Shown: piece after piece, positions 1-6,336 of the stretch
How positions within the stretch are numbered: position 1 is the stretch's first letter
Layout: each line of letters begins with the position of its first letter
DNA from: Chlamydiota bacterium
GTDB lineage: Bacteria; Auribacterota; Tritonobacteria; UBA1439
Direction: 5' to 3'
NCBI GenBank assembly: GCA_037133055.1
Contig: JBAXOY010000098.1
Coordinates: 1-11,032 of the forward strand
Length of the DNA stretch: 11,032 bases
Notes under the pieces: model-generated
The model's database searches: none
What the model was told of the DNA's origin: nothing
What the model saw: the letters and a program-made list of their open reading frames with translations, nothing else
Translations under genes and position numbers: made by a program

Positions 1-996
1 CGCTTCCAGAGCCCGCTGCTCCTCCTCCTGCTTCTCGCCATCCCGCTGGTCGCCTTTATCCGTTTGAAGCGGCGGCGTCCCGCAGCCATCAAGTTCACGG
101 CGCTCGACGCGCTCCGGGAGGCGCTGCCTCCGGGGGGGATCAGGTTCGCCCGTCTTCCGCTCGCCCTCAGGTGCGCCGCGGCGGTCCTCATCGTCCTTGC
201 CCTGGCGCGGCCGGTGAAGGGCGTCGGGCGCGCGAAGGTGTTTTCCGAGGGGATCGACATCGTGCTGGCGCTTGACGTGTCGAGCAGCATGGACGCGCGC
301 GATATGACCGACGATCTTCGGGTGAACCGTCTTGACGTCGTGAAGGAGGTGGTGAAGCGGTTTATCCCCGAGCGCAGGAACGACCGGATCGGGATCGTCG
401 CCTTCGCGCGGTATGCCTACACGATGTCCCCGCTCACGCTCGACCACGACCTGCTCCTCGACATCGTGGACCGGTTGAAGATCGTCCCTCGCGGGGGGGA
501 TGAGGACGGCACCGCGATCGGCTCGGCCATCGTCACCGCCGTCGCGCGCCTCAAGGACTCGAAGGCGAAGTCGAAGGTCGTCATCCTCCTCACCGACGGC
601 ATGAACAACTTCGGCGAGGTAAGCCCCGAGAGCGCCGCGGGCATCGCCATGAGCATGAAGAACAAAATCTACACGATCGGCGCTGGGACCAAGGGGCTGG
701 CGCCGTACCCGAGGACGGTGATGGGACAGATCTTCTTCGATAGGGTTCCCATCGACATCGACGAGGAGACCCTGCGCAAGGTCGCGGAGACGACCGGCGG
801 GCAGTACTACCGGGCGCAGGACGAGAAGGCGCTCATGCAGATCTACAACCGGATCAACGCCATGGAGAGGGTGCGGATCGAGGAGGACAAGTATTCGGAG
901 TACCGCGAGATATTCCCTTTTCTGCTGATCCCGGCGCTCGCCCTCCTGTTCCTGGAGGCGGGATTGATCGCCACGCTGCTGAGGAGGCTGCCCTGA
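1..996 (+). CDS. batA: BatA-like vWA domain membrane protein (5' partial; true start just upstream of the window)
   Basis: Frame 1 is open from base 1 (RFQSPLLLLLLLAIPLVAF), matching the BatA N-terminal hydrophobic motif, so the TTG at 64 is probably not the start. Also LALARP, MIDAS motifs DVSSSM / GTAIGSA / ILLTDG, and a C-terminal TM helix. First of a batA-E ordered series. Confidence 0.92.
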   Translation, partial: RFQSPLLLLLLLAIPLVAFIRLKRRRPAAIKFTALDALREALPPGGIRFARLPLALRCAAAVLIVLALARPVKGVGRAKVFSEGIDIVLALDVSSSMDARDMTDDLRVNRLDVVKEVVKRFIPERRNDRIGIVAFARYAYTMSPLTLDHDLLLDIVDRLKIVPRGGDEDGTAIGSAIVTAVARLKDSKAKSKVVILLTDGMNNFGEVSPESAAGIAMSMKNKIYTIGAGTKGLAPYPRTVMGQIFFDRVPIDIDEETLRKVAETTGGQYYRAQDEKALMQIYNRINAMERVRIEEDKYSEYREIFPFLLIPALALLFLEAGLIATLLRRLP

Positions 997-997
997 T

Positions 998-2014
998 ATG
1001 CAGTGGGGACACCCGTCGTTCCTGCACGCGCTCTGGCTGGTCGCCGCGCTTGCCCTGTTCCTGAGATGGGCGGCGGCGCGCCGGCGCAGGGCCATTGAAT
1101 CGTTCGCCGAGCCGGCCCTCATCGGGGGGCTGATCATGGGCCTGAGCGTACGGAGGCGAAGGGGAAGGATCGCCATGGAGCTCATCGCCCTGGCGCTCGG
1201 CGCCGTCGCCCTTGCCCAGCCCAAATGGGGGTACCACTGGCAGCGGGTGACCCGGGAGGGGATCGACATCGTCATCGCGATCGACACCTCCAAGAGCATG
1301 CTCGCGACGGACGTGAAGCCGGACCGGCTTACCCGGGCGAAGATGGAGGTGAGCGAGCTCCTGGACCGGTTGCAGGGCGACCGCGTGGCGCTCGTCGCCT
1401 TCGCGGGATCGAGCTACATCCTCTGCCCGCTGACGCTCGACTACTCGGCGGTGGAGATGTTCCTCAAGGTGGTGCGGGTGGGGGTCGTCCCGCTCGGCGG
1501 CACGGATATAGGCGGTGCGATCGGGCAGGCGATACGCATCTTCCAGGGGAGCGAGCGCGAGCACCGGGCCCTCATCCTTCTCTCGGACGGGGAAGACCTC
1601 CGCGAGGGGACGGAGGCCGCCGCGAAAAAGGCGAAGGAGCTCGGGGTGAAGATATTCTCGGTGGGCATCGGGAGCCCGTCGGGGGAGCTGATCCCGGTCG
1701 AGGGCGACGAGGGGGGCAAGAGCTATCTGAAGGACCGCGAGGGCAAGGTCGTGCAGACCAGGCTCAACGAGAACACACTCCAGCAGGCGGCGCTTTTAAC
1801 GGGGGGCTCGTATGTCTACCCTTCGGCGGGCACCCTGGGGCTCGTGGACCTCTACGGCGAGAAGATCTCCGGGATGGAAAAGAAGGAGCTCGTGGAGAGG
1901 CAGCGGAAGGTCTACGAGAACAGGTTCCAGTGGCCGCTCGCCGCGGCGTTTCTTCTCCTGTGCCTGGAGGCGGTGCTGAACGACAGGGCTCGACCGAAAA
2001 AGGATACTGCATAA
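998..2014 (+). CDS. batB: BatB-like vWA domain membrane protein
   Basis: N-terminal hydrophobic segment, ALAQPKWG, DTSKSMLATDVKPDRL, CPLTLDY, GGTDIG, LLSDGED, IFSVGIGSPSG and C-terminal RFQWPL plus TM helix. Starts 1 nt after the batA stop. Confidence 0.92.
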   Translation: MQWGHPSFLHALWLVAALALFLRWAAARRRRAIESFAEPALIGGLIMGLSVRRRRGRIAMELIALALGAVALAQPKWGYHWQRVTREGIDIVIAIDTSKSMLATDVKPDRLTRAKMEVSELLDRLQGDRVALVAFAGSSYILCPLTLDYSAVEMFLKVVRVGVVPLGGTDIGGAIGQAIRIFQGSEREHRALILLSDGEDLREGTEAAAKKAKELGVKIFSVGIGSPSGELIPVEGDEGGKSYLKDREGKVVQTRLNENTLQQAALLTGGSYVYPSAGTLGLVDLYGEKISGMEKKELVERQRKVYENRFQWPLAAAFLLLCLEAVLNDRARPKKDTA

Positions 2015-2023
2015 CGTGCTGCC

Positions 2024-2083
2024 TCACCACGGAGATCACGGAGGTTCACGGAGAAAGCGTCTCGCGGCTTGAACTGCTTGAAC
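2024..2083. repeat. Short tandem repeats in the batB-batC spacer: CACGGAG x3 and CTTGAAC x2
   Basis: tcacCACGGAGatCACGGAGgttCACGGAG at 2024-2053 and CTTGAACtgCTTGAAC at 2068-2083. The first resembles ttcaccacgaaggcacg at 5862 and 6003. Confidence 0.7.
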
Positions 2084-2113
2084 GGGGTAGCCGGATTGCA
2101 AAGGTCACACAGT

Positions 2114-3004
2114 ATGAACAGATATATCACCGGCAGGAAATTGGCCGCAGCGATTTCGATCGCGGCCCTTTCCGTCTCCTGCCTCGGCCTGACCTTTTCC
2201 GCCGCCCGGAAGAACGGGCAGGGCGGCGACTTCTATCAGAAGGGAGATTACGAGAACGCCCTGAAGAAATACTCGGAGGCGATGACAGAGGCCCCCGAGA
2301 AGCCGCAGCTTTACTTCAACATCGGGGACGTGCTCTACCGGCAGGCGAAGTTCCCCGAGGCGGTGAAACTCTACGAAAAATCCGCGGCTCCGGGCGACCC
2401 GGGGCTCCAGGCGAAGTCGTGGTACAACATCGGCAACGCGAAGTACCGATCCGCGAAGAAGGACGGCGACCCGAATGCGCTGAAAGAGGCCGCCGCCTGT
2501 TACGAAAAATCGCTCGAGTCCGACCCCGATGACATGGACGCGAAGTACAACCTCGAGTTCGTCCAACGCGCGCTCAAACAACAGCAACAGGACCAGCAGG
2601 ACCAGAAGCAGAATCAGAAAGAACAGCAGAAAGAACAAGAGAAAAAAGAGCAGGAGAAAAAGGAAAAGGAGCAGAAGGATCAGCAAAAGGATCAGCAACA
2701 AAAGGAGCAGGAAAAGAAAGATCAGAAAGATCAGAAAAACAAGGATCAGGAGAAGAAGGACCAGGAAAAGAAGGAGCAGGAGAAGAAAGACCAGGAGCAG
2801 AAAGAACCCGAGCAGGCAAAACAGGAGGAGAAGCCCGCGGGAGAGACGGCGCAGGCGGAAAAGAGCGAGCAGCCCGATAAGGACCTGAGCGAACAGCAGG
2901 CCCGCCAGCTCATCGAATCGCTCGAGCGGGAGGAGCGAGACCCCACCCATTTCATGAAGGCCGAGGGCAGCCCCCAGCCGACGGATATCGATAAGGATTG
3001 GTGA
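2114..3004 (+). CDS. batC: BatC-like TPR protein with Q/K/E/D-rich linker
   Basis: ATG at 2114 gives a signal-peptide-like N-terminus. TPR motifs (FYQKGDYENALKKY, YFNIGDVLYRQ, WYNIGNAKY, DPDDMDAKYNLE), a low-complexity linker, LSEQQARQLIESL and the terminal KDW typical of BatC. Confidence 0.88.
   Translation: MNRYITGRKLAAAISIAALSVSCLGLTFSAARKNGQGGDFYQKGDYENALKKYSEAMTEAPEKPQLYFNIGDVLYRQAKFPEAVKLYEKSAAPGDPGLQAKSWYNIGNAKYRSAKKDGDPNALKEAAACYEKSLESDPDDMDAKYNLEFVQRALKQQQQDQQDQKQNQKEQQKEQEKKEQEKKEKEQKDQQKDQQQKEQEKKDQKDQKNKDQEKKDQEKKEQEKKDQEQKEPEQAKQEEKPAGETAQAEKSEQPDKDLSEQQARQLIESLEREERDPTHFMKAEGSPQPTDIDKDW
2579..2830 (+). repeat. Coding low-complexity repeat (KDQ/EQEKK units) within batC
   Basis: Purine-rich degenerate repeats encoding QQQQDQQDQKQNQKEQQKEQEKKEQEKK... 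Confidence 0.85.
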
Positions 3005-3036
3005 CAACGAGAGGTATAATCGGCGTGTGAACGGAT

Positions 3037-4893
3037 ATGAGTAGACTATTCTGCGGACTCATCGCGGCATGGGTGAGCATCACGGGGACCGCCCGGGCGG
3101 TTGAGCTTACCGCCTCGGTAGACCGGAATGTCGTCTCTCTCGACGACCGGGTGGTGCTCAGCGTGAGCGTGTCCGGCGCCGGGCAGGGAAGCGCGCTCGT
3201 GCTGCCCAACCTCGACGGGTTCCGGATCGCCGACACCGGCCGCTCCACCCAGATCCAGATCGTGAACTTCCAGACCATCACAAGCACGCAGTATGACTAC
3301 GCGCTCATTCCCCTCAGGGCCGGGAAGCTCACGATCGGTCCCTTCACCCTGAACTTCCAGAGCACCGTGTACCGGACCCAGCCGATCACGATAGAGGTCC
3401 TTGACCGGGGACAAGCCGCCCCGCCTTCCGCGCCCCCGCCGCCGGCCGGCGGCGGGGCGGAGCAGCCGCGTCCGCGCGCGGGCGGCGCTCAGCCCGAGCA
3501 GATGTTCATCGAGCTCTCCGCGGACAAGACGAATCCCTGGCTCCGCGAGCAGGTGATTCTCACCTTCAGGTTCTGCTACGCCGACGTCGGGCTCGCGGAG
3601 CAGCCCGCCTACGAAGCGCCCCCGGCGAACGGGTTTGTGGAAAGACATCTCGGCGACGGGAAGAGCGTCAATTACTCCCGGATCATGAACGGCAGGAGGT
3701 ACCAGGTCAGCGAGCTGAAAACAGCCCTTTATCCCTACAAGACCGGCGAACTCACCGTCGGCCCCGCGAGGTTGAAGGGAAGCATGCTGGCCGAGTCTCC
3801 CCGCCGCGCGCGCGCTCCCCGCGGTTTCTTCGACATGGAGGATATTTTTGACGATCCCTTTTTCGGGCGTTTCACCAGGAAGCCCTTCTCGCTCGTTTCC
3901 AACGAACTCAAGATCAACGTCCGCCCGCTCCCGAAGGAGGGGGCCCCGGCGGGCGAGGTTTCAGTGGGCAATTACCGACTCGCGGTGGAGGCGAAGCCGC
4001 GCGAGGTCCACGCAGGGGACCCGGTCACGCTCACCATGAAGGTGACGGGGGAGGGGGATCTCGACCGCGTGGCGCCCCCGCGGGTGAGTGGCCTCGACGG
4101 GTTCAAGAGCTACGAGCCGACGGGCTCGACGACCGCCGGGGGAGGCGACGGAGGCGCGGGGATGAAGGTGTTCGAGCAGGCAATCGTCCCGCTCGACGAA
4201 AAGATAAAGGAGATCCCGCGGGTGGTCTTCAACTATTTCGATCCCGGGGAGGGGAAGTATGTCACGCTGAGGGAAGGGCCCTTTCCGCTCAAGGTCCTTC
4301 CCCCGCAGGCCGGCGTGGGCGGAAAAATCGTGAGCCTCCCGTCGGGGGCCGAGGGGCGGGACGTGAAGCTGCTCGAGCGGAATATCGTCTTCATCAAGAC
4401 CGCACCGGGCGCCCTGTCGGGAGAAACCGCCCCGGGTGGGCCGGGCGCCTTCTTCTGGCTCATCCAGTTGATCCCCCTCGCCGCGGTCGCCGCCGCGGCC
4501 GCCCACGCGAGGCACAGGACGCTCCTCCGCTCCGACCAGCGGTACGCCCGCCTCCACCGCGCCGGGGCGACGACGAGGGCGCGTCTGAAATCGGTCGAGG
4601 GTGCGATGAAAGAGGGGAGGCCCGAGGAGTTTTACGGCGGTATCGCCAGGGCGGTGAGCTCCTACGTCGCGGACAGGCTGAACATCCCGACAGGGGGGCT
4701 TACCCCTGAACTGGTCCATGAACATCTGGCGTCGAAGGGCGCCGCGCCGGAGCTCCTCCGGCGGATGGACGGATTCTATCGGGCATGCGACCTCGCGCGG
4801 TTCGCGCCCGCCGGCGCGGGCGGTGAGGAGATGGAGAAGTGCTACGGCGAGGCGACCGGGATACTGGAAGCGCTGAGGAGGGCGAAGTGGTGA
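3037..4893 (+). CDS. batD: BatD family protein (oxygen tolerance; beta-sandwich repeats, C-terminal TM)
   Basis: Signal peptide, LTASVDRNVVSLDD, YALIPLRAGKLTIGP, FDDPFF, INVRPLP..VG, GDPVTL..KVTGEGDL, FNYFDP, a TM helix and C-terminal CDLARFAP. Position in the bat operon. Confidence 0.9.
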   Translation: MSRLFCGLIAAWVSITGTARAVELTASVDRNVVSLDDRVVLSVSVSGAGQGSALVLPNLDGFRIADTGRSTQIQIVNFQTITSTQYDYALIPLRAGKLTIGPFTLNFQSTVYRTQPITIEVLDRGQAAPPSAPPPPAGGGAEQPRPRAGGAQPEQMFIELSADKTNPWLREQVILTFRFCYADVGLAEQPAYEAPPANGFVERHLGDGKSVNYSRIMNGRRYQVSELKTALYPYKTGELTVGPARLKGSMLAESPRRARAPRGFFDMEDIFDDPFFGRFTRKPFSLVSNELKINVRPLPKEGAPAGEVSVGNYRLAVEAKPREVHAGDPVTLTMKVTGEGDLDRVAPPRVSGLDGFKSYEPTGSTTAGGGDGGAGMKVFEQAIVPLDEKIKEIPRVVFNYFDPGEGKYVTLREGPFPLKVLPPQAGVGGKIVSLPSGAEGRDVKLLERNIVFIKTAPGALSGETAPGGPGAFFWLIQLIPLAAVAAAAAHARHRTLLRSDQRYARLHRAGATTRARLKSVEGAMKEGRPEEFYGGIARAVSSYVADRLNIPTGGLTPELVHEHLASKGAAPELLRRMDGFYRACDLARFAPAGAGGEEMEKCYGEATGILEALRRAKW

Positions 4894-5816
4894 AGGGGAC
4901 CCGGTCGTTGCTTCAAATCCTCAGCATGGCCATGGTGCTGTCTGCGGCGCTCGCGACCGCGTTCGGCGCCGAGCCCGTTCCGCCTGGCAGGGGAAAAAAG
5001 CCCGCCGGGCCGGCGCCGCTCGCCCCGGAACGCGTCGAGCTGATCTCGACGCGGAACACCCCTTTGCCCGCGGTGTCCCCGGAGCCGAAACTTGTTCCGG
5101 GAACCGCCGGTGGAAAGGCCGGGGAAGCCGACCCGCGCGAAGTATTCGCCCGCGCCAACAGCCTCTACGAGGCGGGAAATTACCCGGGGGCGGCGGAAGA
5201 GTACGGGAAGCTCGTGCAGCGCGGCTATCGCGGGGGTAACCTGTACTACAACCTGGGGAACGCACACCTCAAGCTCGACCGGAAGGGGAGCGCGATCCTC
5301 TACTACAAGAAGGCGCTTCTTCTTCTCCCGAGGGACCAGGATTTGAAGAGCAACCTCGAGTACGCGCTCTCCATCGTCGAGGACAAGCTCCAACCGGGGC
5401 CGAGGCCGTGGTTCGCGCGGCGGTGGGATACGGCGGTCGGCTGGTTCACCCTGCGCGAGTGGCGCATCGCGGCGGCGGCGATCTTCTGGGGGCTCTGCGC
5501 GGCGCTCATCGCGCTGATCTACGCGCCGGGAGCGCGGCCCGCGCTCACGCGGGTCTCCGCGGTCATGGCTGGGCTGCTCCTCATCGCCGCGGCGGCGGCC
5601 TTTTCACGCGCCTATCTCGAGGGGCAGGAGCAGGCGGTCGTCCTCGCACGCGAGGCGAAGATCCGGTACGGCCCGTCGGAGAAGGACGTCGTCGCGTTCA
5701 TCCTCCACGAGGGGGCGGTGGTCGAGCTCGAGAACGAGAAGGGGGACTGGTACCAGGTGAGCCTCCCGGACGGCAAGGCGGGGTGGGTGGAGAAGCAGCA
5801 GTGCGGCCTCATCTGA
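4890..5816 (+). CDS. batE: BatE-like TPR + TM + bacterial SH3 protein
   Basis: GTG at 4890 (or 4887) overlaps the batD stop (GTGA), with GAGGAG upstream. Signal peptide, FARANSLYEAGNY, LYYNLGNAHLK, AILYYKKALLLLPRDQDLKSNL, two TM helices and SH3b-like FILHEG...WYQVSLPDGKAGWV. Confidence 0.9.
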   Translation: MKGTRSLLQILSMAMVLSAALATAFGAEPVPPGRGKKPAGPAPLAPERVELISTRNTPLPAVSPEPKLVPGTAGGKAGEADPREVFARANSLYEAGNYPGAAEEYGKLVQRGYRGGNLYYNLGNAHLKLDRKGSAILYYKKALLLLPRDQDLKSNLEYALSIVEDKLQPGPRPWFARRWDTAVGWFTLREWRIAAAAIFWGLCAALIALIYAPGARPALTRVSAVMAGLLLIAAAAAFSRAYLEGQEQAVVLAREAKIRYGPSEKDVVAFILHEGAVVELENEKGDWYQVSLPDGKAGWVEKQQCGLI

Positions 5817-5820
5817 GTTC

Positions 5821-6027
5821 GGGACGCGGATTGCCGCGGATTAACGCGGATAAAAATGGGATTCACCACGAAGGCACGAAGGATACAACGGCAACGGCAA
5901 GAGACTATTGAACGCAGATGGACGCAGATGAACGCAGATGAGGAACGGCCAAAAGGCGAATGGGACGCGGATCGCCGCGGATTAACGCGGATAAAAATGG
6001 GATTCACCACGAAGGCACGGAGGACAC
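5821..6027 (+). repeat. 66-bp direct repeat pair (5821-5886 and 5962-6027) flanking a 10-bp tandem (RACGCAGATG x3, 5911-5940)
   Basis: Manual alignment gives 63/66 identical at offset 141. Each copy contains CGCGGA three times at 10-bp spacing. Confidence 0.95.
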
Positions 6028-6107
6028 GGAATCTATGGTTTGATGTTGGACACAGATGAAGACGGATACGACTACATCTGATCACTGTTTTTTTGAACCA
6101 ATATTGT

Positions 6108-6298
6108 ATCTGCGTCCTCTGCGTTTATCTGCGTCCCGAATGCCTCTTTACTTTGAACTTTCAACTTTGAGCTGTTATCCCATCCGCGTTCATCCGCGGC
6201 GATCCGCGTCCAGAATTATTGATGTTTTTCTGTACCCTGTCTATCCTGACGATCTCCGCCAGAGGCGGACGGGCGGACAGGTGCGTTCATCTGCGTGC
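6108..6298 (-). repeat. Inverted copies of the 10-bp-period repeats, plus a heptamer tandem and a nested palindrome
   Basis: 6182-6211 is the reverse complement of 5963-5992 (29/30). 6108-6137 and 6282-6296 are reverse-complement-like to 5911-5940. ACTTTGA-type heptamers at 6150-6170. CCTGTC..TCCGCCagaGGCGGA..GACAGG at 6236-6281. Confidence 0.9.
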
Positions 6299-6336
6299 GA
6301 CGTCATTGCGCGAATTTTCGGGGAGGCGCGAGGCCT

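Noticed and set aside
2105..3007. 300-aa hydrophobic (L/F-rich) minus-strand ORF
   Set aside because: Antisense shadow of the Q/K/E-rich batC linker.
1..5816. bat operon as a novel system
   Set aside because: Well-known conserved batA-E arrangement; moxR and DUF58 genes are expected upstream of the window.
5821..6298. CRISPR array
   Set aside because: Only two long repeat copies, internal periodicity, inverted copies, no regular unique spacers and no cas genes.
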